From NCBI GenBank assembly GCA_963668175.1, contig OY764159.1, positions 3,584,001 to 3,648,000 on the forward strand: 64,000 nucleotides of DNA, given 5' to 3'. The position numbers were made by a program, and so were the translations under genes. Source of the stretch: Syntrophales bacterium. Lineage in GTDB: Bacteria; Desulfobacterota; Syntrophia; Syntrophales; PHBD01. The notes beneath the pieces are model-generated. The model did not search any database. It was not told the origin of the DNA and was given only the letters and a program-made list of their open reading frames with translations. Below are positions 29,006 to 40,044 of the stretch, one piece after another (position 1 is the stretch's first letter; every line of letters starts with the position of its first letter).

Positions 29006-30076
29006 TCAATGATTTCCGGTCGGGTCTTCGAACCATCTCATAAAAAACTGTTTTTTATTTTCGCAGCGTCCGTCATGCCAGCAAGGGTGATAAACGGTAT
29101 CTTGCTGCCCTGCCCGCTTCAATCGTATTTCGTAAGGTCTGCCTTCGCGGACCACATGGACGTAAAGGGCAAAACTGTCGGCAAAATCCTCCCAGATATT
29201 CACGGAGGCCTGCAACGAGGGGAAATCGGTCGCAGTGAAGAGGCGGCGATACACCGTTTCTATCTGACCTGTCGTCAGCAATGCCCCATGAAACCGGTAA
29301 AAACGGACGAGGCTGCGTGCCGGAAATAGTTCGTCGTAGCGGCTCTTCACCGCTCCCTTTTCCATCTTCCAGGAAATGGCCGTAAACGGATACCGGTCCG
29401 AAACGGCCGCCGGTTCGTTCCATGAAGGATGGGCACCGCTTGCCATGCCGAGGACATGACCGATTTCATGCAACAGGATAAAGCGGATGGCATTCTCCAC
29501 GCTATCTTCGGCCGGCTTTTCTATGACGACGTCGAGCTTTACATCCTTATCCGGCTCCGTCTTAAAGACGCTGTTCTCCTTCCAGGTTGCCCATTCGTTG
29601 GCCCTCCTTTTCAGGAGCAGGCCTCGGTTCAGAACGATGAATGCATACTTCTCTTTCTGATTCTCGTCCCTGACCGCCTCGGCAAAACCCGCGCCGCCCA
29701 GATGATCGACCAGAAAGACGCCAATGACCCTGTCCGTCAGAAGTCTTCTCACCTTATCCGGGAGACGTTCCTCGATGTGCTGCAACACCATCCCGAATTC
29801 GGGTGCAGGTTCGGCCGGCGTCGGCCGCTCCGTGAATCCGTGTAACTCGTTTTCAACGGTCAATAATTGGATGACAAGATCAGGGGCTTTGGCGATCCGC
29901 TGCGACAGAGGCTTTTCCTTCCACGCAAATCCCCAGTAACGGATCGTTTGTGTTTGCCGAAAGGATAAATCGGCCTGAACCGAGGCAGAAGCGGGGAGAT
30001 AAGAAATGAAGAGGCATGGCGCGGCAAACACGGCGAAGACGAGAAAGTGCACGTACATTCTTTTCATGTGCGCCAT
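29006..30076 (-). CDS. Secreted protein with a zincin HExxH motif (putative metallopeptidase)
   Basis: N-terminal signal-like stretch, LLHEIGH, downstream EDFADSF; start uncertain. Confidence 0.6.
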   Translation of the reverse strand: MAHMKRMYVHFLVFAVFAAPCLFISYLPASASVQADLSFRQTQTIRYWGFAWKEKPLSQRIAKAPDLVIQLLTVENELHGFTERPTPAEPAPEFGMVLQHIEERLPDKVRRLLTDRVIGVFLVDHLGGAGFAEAVRDENQKEKYAFIVLNRGLLLKRRANEWATWKENSVFKTEPDKDVKLDVVIEKPAEDSVENAIRFILLHEIGHVLGMASGAHPSWNEPAAVSDRYPFTAISWKMEKGAVKSRYDELFPARSLVRFYRFHGALLTTGQIETVYRRLFTATDFPSLQASVNIWEDFADSFALYVHVVREGRPYEIRLKRAGQQDTVYHPCWHDGRCENKKQFFMRWFEDPTGNH

Positions 30077-30107
30077 TTGCAAGCACTGTCCGGAAGAGAG
30101 GAAGCCG

Positions 30108-30530
30108 CTATTTCCTCTTCCATCGCCATCTCTTTTTGACTTTGACCTTGGAGACAGGTTTTTGTTTGGCTTCGGTTTTGACAACCGTCAGCGGGGGCTC
30201 ATCGAGAAAGGATTTCTTAACGACCAGTATGCCGTCCCTGGGATCGAACAGGTAAATGGTGACGTAGTCGCCTTCGTAATGCTTATACATGGCCGCGATA
30301 GCGCCGCCGCTCTTGAATTTGACCAGATCGGCAGGGACCGTCTCGCGGGCGGATGCTACCGACCCGCCGATTTTGGGTTGGACCTGATCGGACGGAACCG
30401 TTTCGCTGACGGGAGGCACGGAACCGCCGTTTTTGGATTTGTCTTCATCTGGTGCCGCTGCATCATCCGCGTAGGTTATCGTTCCTAATGAAAGAATAAG
30501 GAGAGAAATCCATGCGATTGCACATTTCAT
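30108..30530 (-). CDS. Hypothetical exported protein with a basic C-terminus
   Basis: Signal peptide; GGAGG RBS. Confidence 0.6.
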   Translation of the reverse strand: MKCAIAWISLLILSLGTITYADDAAAPDEDKSKNGGSVPPVSETVPSDQVQPKIGGSVASARETVPADLVKFKSGGAIAAMYKHYEGDYVTIYLFDPRDGILVVKKSFLDEPPLTVVKTEAKQKPVSKVKVKKRWRWKRK

Positions 30531-30867
30531 AATGGCCTCCCTTGATTATTTGAGGAATCGATTTACGACATACAGATGGTTTCTATACCTTTTTTTATCG
30601 ATGATGTCGAACCTTTTGATACAGATCGCGAGGAGAATGCCGTCCCCGGTTTTTCGAAACGGAAAATCAGGAAATCCCCGATTGCCGAAACAGATAGAGT
30701 CTAATATGCATGTACGAAAGCCGTTCATATGCGGCAGGCAGAATAAGAACGAACCAACTTGTTCCCAGGGATGGCGTCCCGAATCCCAACCTCTGACGGA
30801 AGGTATCGCTCTGCATTAGGAAGAGCAACACTATCGTGCACTCCTCAGAGACAGAAAGGAGTTTAAG

Positions 30868-31485
30868 ATGAAAGCAAGCGCACAACGAGAAAAAGAGTCC
30901 ATGGGCAGCGCTTTTCCTCAGTTTTCGTCGGAAAACGCTGATTTAATGTCCCAGGTTCCGGATGTCTACAAGAAAATGACCGATGCCTGGTTGAATTTTG
31001 CTAAAATCGCAGCGGACAAGGAGAGCAAGCCCGAAGATGTATCCAAGGCGTTGGTGGAACCGCTCGGCGCCATGTACAACGACATCGTCCAAGTCTTTTA
31101 CAAGGCCTGTTCCGCCATGGGATTACCCGTATCGGGAGAAAAAGCGTCCCTGGACGAAATTTCCAGGAATTGGGCGAATTTCACCGGCAGATTCGCCCCG
31201 ACTTTACCGAACCTGGATACGATGAACGAGGCGACCCGGCGTACGATCGAAATGTCCGAAAAGATCAGGGATACGTATCTGAATCTGGCCCATGATCAAA
31301 TGGAATATATGCAGAAGCTGGTCAAGGCGAATCTGTCCGGAGAACCGAACCAGATCATGAATGCCTATTCCGAAACATCCAAGATGCTGTTCGATAAGTG
31401 GTTTTCGTTCATCACGGATCAGGCCAATTCCCGTATCCAGTTTTGGAAATCCTTTATACCCAAGGATAAATCGGCCTCCCGATAG
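30868..31485 (+). CDS. Hypothetical helical protein (phasin/PhaE-like?)
   Basis: AAGGAG RBS; amphipathic Trp/Met/Tyr-rich helices. Confidence 0.6.
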   Translation: MKASAQREKESMGSAFPQFSSENADLMSQVPDVYKKMTDAWLNFAKIAADKESKPEDVSKALVEPLGAMYNDIVQVFYKACSAMGLPVSGEKASLDEISRNWANFTGRFAPTLPNLDTMNEATRRTIEMSEKIRDTYLNLAHDQMEYMQKLVKANLSGEPNQIMNAYSETSKMLFDKWFSFITDQANSRIQFWKSFIPKDKSASR

Positions 31486-31500
31486 CTCTGAAAAGGAACT

Positions 31501-32523
31501 GTGTCGCAGACCCGCGGATATCTGCCGAAAGGAACAAAGGGGGTTCATCCTTTCCTTTTTGCAGATATCCGTTCTTTTCTTCCAGGGAGCATGTCCATGG
31601 CCAGAACAACGAAAAAGACCGCCATTCCCTACTTCGAACCCTGGTTGCGATACAGGGAGGCGATCCTTGATTTTTGGAACGGACTGACCTTGGCCGGAAG
31701 CCGTTCTCCCGCAGAAGTAAAACCGGATATACCCTCTTTGGCTCCGACCGAGAAATCCCGGGATGGCGCGGACCATCGCGGCATATCGGAATACCTTTAT
31801 AAGTACGACGAGTTCATGAAGTATTGGAATTTCCAGGGCGGGTCGGCCGAACCGGGTGGCCCCGCCCGAACCGATGAACTGCCCGCGGCGGGACACGGCA
31901 GCGGCGAAGGACCTCCCCATCCCGAGGCAAAGCACTCAGACCTGCTGCACGAATATTTACAGAGTCTTGTCAGGGGCGTGGACAAGTACCTGGCGTTTTG
32001 GCAATCCGCCTCCGATTTCCTGATCCTCGCACCGACGGCAACTCCGGAAGACAGGCCTCTCTTTCCTCCTATGATGTTTTCGGAGTACTGGCTGAAAACG
32101 ATAAGCCGGCTGATGATGCCCTGGATCTGGCCGCAGACGCCGGCAACCGCTTCCGCCGATCCTATCTTCTCCGTGCCCGGCAACATGCGCTTCTGGATGG
32201 ATATCGTGGGATCGACCGCCACAAGCACCTGGATTTCTCTCATAAAGAAGGATATCGATTATCTGGTGTACGAAACGGGCAGAATAAAAGAAACCCTGAA
32301 ACAATTGCAGAGCCAAAACCTGATTTCCCGTAACGGCGAAAGTGCCTTGAGCGAATTCGCTGCGCTGCAGCGCGATTCCGTCGCGCAGACGGCGGTCCTG
32401 GCCGGAGAACTTAAGGCCTTGAAAACGGCCGTACATGACCTGAAATCTTCCTTAAAAAAGCAGAAGCCATTGGCCTATCAGTCGCTGAAAAATGAAAAAA
32501 TCCGTCCCCGGACACATGCCTGA
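31501..32523 (+). CDS. Hypothetical protein with a C-terminal coiled coil (PhaE-like?)
   Basis: Repeated FW/YW amphipathic helices; KKDIDYLVYETGRIKETLKQL coiled coil; start uncertain. Confidence 0.55.
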   Translation: MSQTRGYLPKGTKGVHPFLFADIRSFLPGSMSMARTTKKTAIPYFEPWLRYREAILDFWNGLTLAGSRSPAEVKPDIPSLAPTEKSRDGADHRGISEYLYKYDEFMKYWNFQGGSAEPGGPARTDELPAAGHGSGEGPPHPEAKHSDLLHEYLQSLVRGVDKYLAFWQSASDFLILAPTATPEDRPLFPPMMFSEYWLKTISRLMMPWIWPQTPATASADPIFSVPGNMRFWMDIVGSTATSTWISLIKKDIDYLVYETGRIKETLKQLQSQNLISRNGESALSEFAALQRDSVAQTAVLAGELKALKTAVHDLKSSLKKQKPLAYQSLKNEKIRPRTHA

Positions 32524-32936
32524 CCCCCCAAAACCTTCCTTTCCCCACGTAGTGATTGATTAATATCGTATTTTATTGTAATAATATCATGAAAGACCAA
32601 CGTAAACATTTGTGACGGTCTGCGTCAGAGATGATTGCAGTCGTAATCCATGCGTCATACGAACCCGATAAGAAGGCATATTCGCTCATCTTTCACCGAT
32701 AACGGCCGAACAGGAACGAATTGTGATGCAGCACACAGAAAACCAAAACGAAATATGGCCTGATGACAATCGGGATAGACCAAGTACGTAATGAAACGAT
32801 GCATTTTATTGCCGGCTTCCGAATTTGCGGGATATGCTATTCCGGGTCCGGCCTCAGCGAATCCCGAAAAGGCCGGACAACGGCCGGGTTCGCTGCGGGT
32901 TCCATAAACGTAAAACGATAATGGGGGCATGCGGAT

Positions 32937-35900
32937 ATGAATGACGAACTGAAGACGAAAATACAGCTTATCGCTGAACTTAACGCCTTGAGGAAGCAGG
33001 TCGCCGATCTTGCGGAACAAGAGGCTGCACCTCTTGAAAGCAGGGGCGAGCCGACGCCGGAAGACGACACGTACCGCATTCTCCTCGAGAACATTCCGGC
33101 CATCGTTTTCCGCATGCACTTGAGAAAGAATATGAACATGTCTTTTTACAACGACATGCTTAAAACCATTACCGGATATACAGCCGAAGAAATCACCCGC
33201 GACAACGTCTGTTCGATATATCATCTGATACTTGCCGAGGACCGGGAAGGCGTTCTGGCGACGATCGAACAGGCCCTAATCAACAATCAGTCTTTTCAGG
33301 TCGAATACCGGCTGAGACACAAGGATGGATCGATCCGCCACTTTACCGAAAAAGGGACTCCCATTTTCGGCGACGACAGAAAGCCTCTTTTCATCGACGG
33401 CCTTATCGTCGACAATACGGAATATCAACTGACGGGAGCGGCCCTCAGGGAAACCCAGGAAAAATTCCGCAGCCTGGTGGAATCGATCTGCGACTGGATA
33501 TGGGAAATCGACTCCGAAGGAAATTATACCTACGTAAGCCCGAAGGTAACCAATGTCCTGGGATACGATGCCGCATCGCTTTTTGGGAAGACCATTTTTG
33601 ATGTCGTCATACCGGAGGATGCGGAAAAGATGCGGCGGCTGTTCCATGAGACTTTCGTTGCGAAGAAAACCTTCGCAGCGGTGGAAAAGAGATGTCTCCA
33701 CAAGGACGGCCGGCTGCGCATTCTGGAAATGAGCGGTGCTCCCTATGAGGATTCAGAAGGCCATGTTCTGGGGTATCGCGGCCTTGATCGCGACATTACG
33801 GAACAAAGAAACGCCGAGGCAAGACAGAAGTTTAACCGAGACATCCTGAACTGTGTCAACATGGCCGCCGGCCGGCAGGAATTGACGGGGCGGATGACGG
33901 CCCTGATGACAAGCGATGGGGGTTTCGATGCCGCCGCCATTCGTCTGCACGGCGGGAAGACGGCCATCGATTATGAGGCGAAGGGACTTGCTGACCCCTT
34001 CCTGACCCTGGAAAAACACAAAGACAACCTCGACGACACGCAACGCCTCATTAGGCAGGACAGCAGGCCTTCCCTGGAGTACCTTTACGGATGTATCCTT
34101 CGCGGCCAGCCCGACCCCGCCTTCAGCGGCATGAACGACGGCAGCGGTTTCTGGACCAACCGTCTTTCGGAAGAGCCCGATCTTTTTGATCCGCAGGACC
34201 GGCCCTCCCCGTTACGGGAGGCCTTTAAAAAAGAAGGCTACGAGTCACTGGCCTTGATCCCCATGACGGCGGACCGCGAGGTCTTGGGTCTCCTGCAGAT
34301 CATGGACCGGCGGCAGGACCTCTTCAATGCCGATACGATAGGTTTCCTGGAAGAAGTAGGCCGCGCGATGGGGCAATTTTTGAAGAAAGATCGGAAAGTC
34401 AAGGATATCCTGTCTGCCAAGAAACGCTGTGAAGGGCGCCTCGATATCGTCCGGGACTGGATATGGGAAACGAATCAGGACCTCGCCCTGACTTACGTAA
34501 GCAAACAGGTACAGCCCATGCTCGGTTACGGTTCAGCAGAGCTGTTCAATGAAAACCTCCTTGCCGTCATACCGGCTGCGGAGAATGAAGGCATCGAAAC
34601 GTTCATCAAAGAACAGGAATCTCCTGACCAACCTATCGCGAGGAAGGTCTCTTTCAAAAACAGGGAAGGCAACCTTGTCCCATTGGACATGCACGTTACG
34701 GCAATGCTGGACGAAGACGGCTCCCGGAAAGGCTTCCGGGGTATATGCCGGACACCGGCCGTCGAAATGCCGGCGGTCGAAAATATATTCCTTCCGATAG
34801 TCGAGGGCAATCCCGTCGGCATGTGTATCGACCAGGAGGGTATGGTTAAATACGTCAATGACCGGGGCGCCGAGACAATAGGATATGAAAAGGAAACCCT
34901 GATCGGCAAAAAGACGATAGATCTCCTCTACGAGGAGGACCGACCGGCCTTCTCGGATTACTACCGGCGCGTGATGAGCGGCTCAGAAGCCTCGCCGTGC
35001 GAGTTTCGCATCGCCAAGGCCGACGGCTCCGTGATCTGGCTGATGCTGGCGGCCAGGGCGACGCAATATGAGGACAATCCCGCTGTCCTGGGGGTCTTCA
35101 TGGAAACCACGCCGTTCAAGGAGAAAGAGATTGCGGAAAAGCAAACCTGCCAAAGAGAGGCCCTGGGCAAGATGTCGACCGGCCTTATCCGGGAGATCGA
35201 CAATATCCTTTCCTTCATCAGCGGCTATACGGAAATTGCACAGGCCGAAACGATGGCGGAGCCCTTGCGGCAAACCCTCGCGCAAGTCGCGCTGTCGTGC
35301 AGCCGCGGCAGAAATCTGCTCGATAAGATCGTAATGCTCACGGGACACGGCCGCTATGCAAAAGGTTCGGTGGACCTGAACGGTCTGGCAGGGAAGATCG
35401 CGGAAGACCTCGGCAAGACGCTGCCCACCGCCGTTGAAATACGGCCGTTCATAACCGATGAGCCCTGTTTTGTCCTGGCGGATCCGGAACAGGTCCGCGA
35501 AATCATCACGCAACTGTGCGACAATGCCGTCCATGCCCTGCGCGATAAAGGCGGCGTCCTGGAAATACGGACGGAGCGCAGCGACGAGACTCAACCCGGA
35601 ATTGCCCCCTTCGCCCGCCTGGCCGTTTCCGACAACGGCCCGGGTATCGACCCGGCGGATGCCGACCGCATCTTCGATCCCTTCTGGACCGGCAACCCCC
35701 CCGGGGAAAGCTCAGGGTTGGGGCTGGCGCTGGTTCAGGCACTGGTCGAAGACCTGGGCGGAGCACTTCATGTTGCGAACAAACCGGGTAAAGGGGTCAC
35801 GTTTACGGTCGACCTGCCTTTTATCGACCCGTCGCAAGCCGGGGATATCAAATCCGCCGAACTGATTCCGCGGGGCGACGAGCGCATTCTGTTCATCGAC

Positions 35901-36278
35901 GACAATACGGCGATGGCCAACCTTGGCGGCAGCCTCCTCAGGTCGCTGGGCTATCAGACGGTGACCATGACCGACACGGCAAACGCTTTGGAATCGATGA
36001 GCGCCGACGCCGGACGGTTCGATCTGGCCGTCATCGACATGACGATGCCCGATATTGCGGGCATGGACCTGGCAAGAAGAATCGCGGAAATAGCACCCGG
36101 TTTCCCATTGATCCTCTGCAAAGGCAAAACGGAGATCATTGCCGAGGCCGAAGCGAAACGCGCCGGTATCCGGGAGTTTATCATGAAGCCGCTCGCAAGA
36201 AAGAACGTGGCTGCAGCCGTCCGCAAGGTCCTCGACGAGAAAAAGGCAGACGGTACGGCAGAAAGCACGGGGCAATAG
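32937..36278 (+). CDS. Multi-PAS/GAF hybrid sensor kinase-like protein lacking the phosphoacceptor His
   Basis: Four PAS-like domains plus GAF, HATPase (DNGPGI, GLGL) and REC (FIDD, IDMTMP, KP); H-box reads GLIREIDNIL. Confidence 0.88.
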   Translation: MNDELKTKIQLIAELNALRKQVADLAEQEAAPLESRGEPTPEDDTYRILLENIPAIVFRMHLRKNMNMSFYNDMLKTITGYTAEEITRDNVCSIYHLILAEDREGVLATIEQALINNQSFQVEYRLRHKDGSIRHFTEKGTPIFGDDRKPLFIDGLIVDNTEYQLTGAALRETQEKFRSLVESICDWIWEIDSEGNYTYVSPKVTNVLGYDAASLFGKTIFDVVIPEDAEKMRRLFHETFVAKKTFAAVEKRCLHKDGRLRILEMSGAPYEDSEGHVLGYRGLDRDITEQRNAEARQKFNRDILNCVNMAAGRQELTGRMTALMTSDGGFDAAAIRLHGGKTAIDYEAKGLADPFLTLEKHKDNLDDTQRLIRQDSRPSLEYLYGCILRGQPDPAFSGMNDGSGFWTNRLSEEPDLFDPQDRPSPLREAFKKEGYESLALIPMTADREVLGLLQIMDRRQDLFNADTIGFLEEVGRAMGQFLKKDRKVKDILSAKKRCEGRLDIVRDWIWETNQDLALTYVSKQVQPMLGYGSAELFNENLLAVIPAAENEGIETFIKEQESPDQPIARKVSFKNREGNLVPLDMHVTAMLDEDGSRKGFRGICRTPAVEMPAVENIFLPIVEGNPVGMCIDQEGMVKYVNDRGAETIGYEKETLIGKKTIDLLYEEDRPAFSDYYRRVMSGSEASPCEFRIAKADGSVIWLMLAARATQYEDNPAVLGVFMETTPFKEKEIAEKQTCQREALGKMSTGLIREIDNILSFISGYTEIAQAETMAEPLRQTLAQVALSCSRGRNLLDKIVMLTGHGRYAKGSVDLNGLAGKIAEDLGKTLPTAVEIRPFITDEPCFVLADPEQVREIITQLCDNAVHALRDKGGVLEIRTERSDETQPGIAPFARLAVSDNGPGIDPADADRIFDPFWTGNPPGESSGLGLALVQALVEDLGGALHVANKPGKGVTFTVDLPFIDPSQAGDIKSAELIPRGDERILFIDDNTAMANLGGSLLRSLGYQTVTMTDTANALESMSADAGRFDLAVIDMTMPDIAGMDLARRIAEIAPGFPLILCKGKTEIIAEAEAKRAGIREFIMKPLARKNVAAAVRKVLDEKKADGTAESTGQ

Positions 36279-36288
36279 TCCCTGCGGA

Positions 36289-38739
36289 TCAACCCGCCTT
36301 GGCGAGGTCCAGCCTCCCCTTCCACCGCTCCATCAGGACCGCTTTCAGCGCGGCGTGTTCGGGTCTCGAAAGTTGAGGGTCGTCTTCAACGACGGCGAAG
36401 GCGTCCGTTTTCGCTTCGTTGAGGATACGGACGTCCCGGACGATACTGGCCACGCGGAAGTCGGGCAGTCCCGACTGGCGGACCCCCAGGAATTCGCCGG
36501 GACCCCTGATCGCCAGGTCTTCCTCCGCTATTTTAAAACCGTCGGTTGTCGCCTCCATGACGCGCAGCCTCTGTTTGGCTTCCGGGGAGCCGGAATGCTG
36601 GGCAAGGAGAATACAGTATGAAGGAATGTCGCCCCGCCCTACCCTGCCCCGCAGCTGATGCAGCTGGGACAAGCCGAACCGTTCCGCATGCTCGATGACC
36701 ATGAGGGACGCCTGCGGGATGTCGATGCCCACCTCGATGACGGTCGTCGATACCAGGACGTGCAGTTTCCCCGACTGGAAATCCTCCATGACGCCGTTCT
36801 TTTCTTTGCTTTTCATCCGCCCGTGGATGAGACCGATGCGGTATTCGGGAAAGACGTCCTGCTGCAGGTGCTCGGCCATCCGTGAGGCGTCCTTGAGATC
36901 GAGGACTTCCGATTCTTCGACAAGGGGATAGACGATGAACGCCTGATGGCCTTTTTTCAGTTCCTTCCCGATGATTTCATAGACTTTATCACGGTGCTGT
37001 TCGTAATAGACTTTCGTGCGGATCGGTTTTTTGGATGGCGGCATCTCGTCGATGACGGAAACATCCAGGTCGCCGTAAACGGTCATGGCGAGGGTCCGGG
37101 GAATCGGGGTCGCCGTCATGACCAGAATGTCCGGCATGGCTCCCTTCTGACGCAGCATCACCCTCTGGATGACGCCGAAACGGTGCTGCTCGTCGATCAC
37201 GGCAAGACCCAGCTTCCGAAAGGAAACCTGATCCTGGATCAGGGCATGGGTGCCGACGACGATGTCCGCGCCGCCTTTCTCTATGCGTTCCAGGACGGCC
37301 TTTTTCGCGGCGGCGCTTCCCCCTCCGATTAAGACTTCCGTCCGGAGCCCGAGCCGGTCGGCCCAGCCGCCGATGTTGTCGTAATGCTGCTGGGCCAGTA
37401 TTTCCGTAGGCGCCATCAGGGCCGCCTGGTAGCCGTTTTCACAGGCGGTAACGATCGCCGCCATGGAGACGACGGTTTTGCCGGAGCCTACATCCCCTTG
37501 GAGGAGCCGGTTCATAGTCACCGGTTTGGCCATGTCGGCTTCGATCTCCGCAATGACCCGCAACTGGGCAGCCGTAAGCCGGTAGGGGAGAATCTCCATG
37601 AACTTATTCGATAGGGTGCCGTCCTTCCGGAAGGATATCCCGGGATCTATCAGGCGGCTCTTTTTCTTCAGGGCCATTCCCAGCTGGAGAAAGAAGAATT
37701 CGTCGTAGATGACACGCCGGTGCGCTTCGGACCGCCCTTCCAGATACAGTTCCATCCGGGCGTCTTGCGGAGGGAAATGGAGGTCCTGCAAAGCCTCCTT
37801 CATCCCGATCAGCCCGCGTCCCCGGCAGATCGCCTCCGGAATAGGACTGGAGACGGAATCGGCGTATTGAACGGCCACGTTCATCATGATCCGGCGGATG
37901 GTCTTCTGCTTCAGGCCTTCCGTCTCCGAATAGACGGGGACGATCCGCCGGAGATGGGCCGTGTCGGTATCGTCTGGGTCGAGAAGCTCGTAATCGGGAT
38001 GGACCATATTCTTGCCGGAAGCGTATCCTCTTATTTCTCCCGTTAGGACGACCCGCTGTCCCACGGGGAAACTCTTCTTGATATAGGAGGAACTCCCCTT
38101 GAACCAGGTCGCCGTCATCGTTGCCGTACCGTCGCCGATGACTGCTTCGAAGACCCGCCGGCGGGTATAATGCTTCATTTCGGAACGGAGCACCTCGCCG
38201 ACCACGGTTTCTTTCCTCCCCCACTGGGCGGCGGCGATGCTCACGATGGAGCGCCTGTCCTCATAATGGCGGGGCAGGAAATAGACGAGGTCCTCGATCG
38301 TATGGATGCCCTTTCTCGCAAGCATTTCGGCGATCTTTGGCCCTACTCCTTTGATGTACTGAATGGGGACATGGAGATTCTTCGGAGTAACCGCATCGGT
38401 CCGTCGGGGCGGCTCCGCCGGAGGGGGCACCGAATCACTGCGGGCACGATCATCCCGGAACCCGGCGGACAAATCGTTAATAATTGACAAGGCTTCCCGG
38501 ACCCTCGCTTTCTTCTCATCAAGGGCAAGGCGGTCGAATCCGGCGAAGGTCTTCTCCAAAACAAGCAAGACATCCGGCATCTGCATACCGTCAGCCTCAA
38601 GCTTTTCCTCCAGGCGATGCACAAGACCGGTCATGGCCGCTTCAAAATCCCTGACCAGGGTGAGATGACGGAAATCGTCCTTCGATACGAATTCCAGCGG
38701 TGCAGTAATTTTTTGCAGGAGTTCGGCGGTCTCGTTCAT
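36289..38739 (-). CDS. recG: ATP-dependent DNA helicase RecG
   Basis: LQGDVGSGKT, MAPTEILA, DEQHRFG, MTATPIPRTL, QLRGRVGRG, DLAIRGPGE. Confidence 0.97.
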   Translation of the reverse strand: MNETAELLQKITAPLEFVSKDDFRHLTLVRDFEAAMTGLVHRLEEKLEADGMQMPDVLLVLEKTFAGFDRLALDEKKARVREALSIINDLSAGFRDDRARSDSVPPPAEPPRRTDAVTPKNLHVPIQYIKGVGPKIAEMLARKGIHTIEDLVYFLPRHYEDRRSIVSIAAAQWGRKETVVGEVLRSEMKHYTRRRVFEAVIGDGTATMTATWFKGSSSYIKKSFPVGQRVVLTGEIRGYASGKNMVHPDYELLDPDDTDTAHLRRIVPVYSETEGLKQKTIRRIMMNVAVQYADSVSSPIPEAICRGRGLIGMKEALQDLHFPPQDARMELYLEGRSEAHRRVIYDEFFFLQLGMALKKKSRLIDPGISFRKDGTLSNKFMEILPYRLTAAQLRVIAEIEADMAKPVTMNRLLQGDVGSGKTVVSMAAIVTACENGYQAALMAPTEILAQQHYDNIGGWADRLGLRTEVLIGGGSAAAKKAVLERIEKGGADIVVGTHALIQDQVSFRKLGLAVIDEQHRFGVIQRVMLRQKGAMPDILVMTATPIPRTLAMTVYGDLDVSVIDEMPPSKKPIRTKVYYEQHRDKVYEIIGKELKKGHQAFIVYPLVEESEVLDLKDASRMAEHLQQDVFPEYRIGLIHGRMKSKEKNGVMEDFQSGKLHVLVSTTVIEVGIDIPQASLMVIEHAERFGLSQLHQLRGRVGRGDIPSYCILLAQHSGSPEAKQRLRVMEATTDGFKIAEEDLAIRGPGEFLGVRQSGLPDFRVASIVRDVRILNEAKTDAFAVVEDDPQLSRPEHAALKAVLMERWKGRLDLAKAG

Positions 38740-38932
38740 ATATAGACGGATAAGCAAATAATTTTATTTGGAAACACGGTTATTGTTAACAGATAATCTC
38801 CGCAATGGCAAGTGCGGATTGACTTTCGCGGCATTTTGGGTTAAAAATGCCCCTGCCCCGGCCGCCAATGCATATTACCTGTGATATCCAATATATCCAT
38901 TATTCACTCCGGGGCAGAGGAGAAAGAGCGAC

Positions 38933-39982
38933 ATGATCAAGAAGGAATCCTACAAATCCGCCGGTGTCGATATCGACAAGGCCAACGAGTTTGTCGAGCG
39001 GATCAAGCCGATCATCAAGACGACATCCCGCAAGGAAGTGAAGAGCAATATTGGAGGCTTCGGGGCGCTCTTTCATCTCGGCACCGAGAAATACAAGAAG
39101 CCCCTCCTGGTCTCGTCCACGGACGGCGTCGGCACCAAACTCCTCGTCGCACGGATGATGAACAAACACGATACGGTAGGCATAGATCTCGTGGCCATGT
39201 CCGTCAACGACGTCGTCGTCCAGGGGGCCGAACCGCTCTTCTTTCTCGATTATATCGCCACGGGCAAGCTCGACGTCGACACGAGCGTGGACATCGTCAA
39301 GGGAATCGCCGAGGGATGCCGCCAGGCGGGCTGCGCCCTGATCGGCGGCGAAACAGCCGAGATGCCGGGTCTCTACGGCATCAATGAATACGACCTAGCC
39401 GGCTTCTGTGTAGGCGCAGTCGAGGAGGAAAACCTCATCGACGGTTCCACCATACGCACCGGCGACGTCATGATCGGCCTCGCTTCCAGCGGCGTCCACA
39501 GCAACGGCTTCTCCCTGGCCAGAAAAGTCCTCCTCGGTCCGGGGAAGCTGAAAATCCAGTCGCGTGTGGACGACCTGGAGGGAACGATCGGCGAGGAACT
39601 TCTCCGGCCGACGAGAATCTACGTCAAACCGGTCTTGAATATCATCAAAAATTTCGAGATCAAGGGGATCGTGCATATCACCGGAGGCGGTTTTATCGAC
39701 AATATCCCCCGGATCGTCCCGAAATCCCGGCGGGCGGTCGTCAAGAAAGGCAGTTGGGATATCCCGCCCCTTTTCCGTGTAATCAAAAGCATGGGAAAGG
39801 TTGACGATATGGAGATGTTCCGCGTCTTCAACATGGGTATCGGCATGATCCTCGTGGCACCGGAAAAGGAAACCGAGGAAATCATCAGACAACTCGGCAG
39901 CCTCGGGGAAAAGGCATCGGTCATTGGCTGGATCGAAAAAGAGAAAGAGAAGACGGACGTATCGCAAATCTCCTTCGTCTGA
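38933..39982 (+). CDS. purM: Phosphoribosylaminoimidazole synthetase
   Basis: YKSAGVDI, TDGVGTK, GGETAEMPG, HSNGFSL, HITGGG, FNMGIG. Confidence 0.97.
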   Translation: MIKKESYKSAGVDIDKANEFVERIKPIIKTTSRKEVKSNIGGFGALFHLGTEKYKKPLLVSSTDGVGTKLLVARMMNKHDTVGIDLVAMSVNDVVVQGAEPLFFLDYIATGKLDVDTSVDIVKGIAEGCRQAGCALIGGETAEMPGLYGINEYDLAGFCVGAVEEENLIDGSTIRTGDVMIGLASSGVHSNGFSLARKVLLGPGKLKIQSRVDDLEGTIGEELLRPTRIYVKPVLNIIKNFEIKGIVHITGGGFIDNIPRIVPKSRRAVVKKGSWDIPPLFRVIKSMGKVDDMEMFRVFNMGIGMILVAPEKETEEIIRQLGSLGEKASVIGWIEKEKEKTDVSQISFV

Positions 39983-40044
39983 TTCGTCCTCGATTTGAAG
40001 CATCGGCTCCGAAGCCGCAAGCAAAGCGGACCGGCATATCATTC

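Noticed and set aside
32556..32737. FNR/CRP-like sites (TTGAT-N4-ATCGT; TGTGA-N6-ACACA) upstream of the PAS kinase
   Set aside because: Imperfect matches in an AT-rich spacer; could be chance.
38380..38739. N-terminal extension of RecG
   Set aside because: Long-form RecG N-termini are common outside enterobacteria, and there is no unusual motif.
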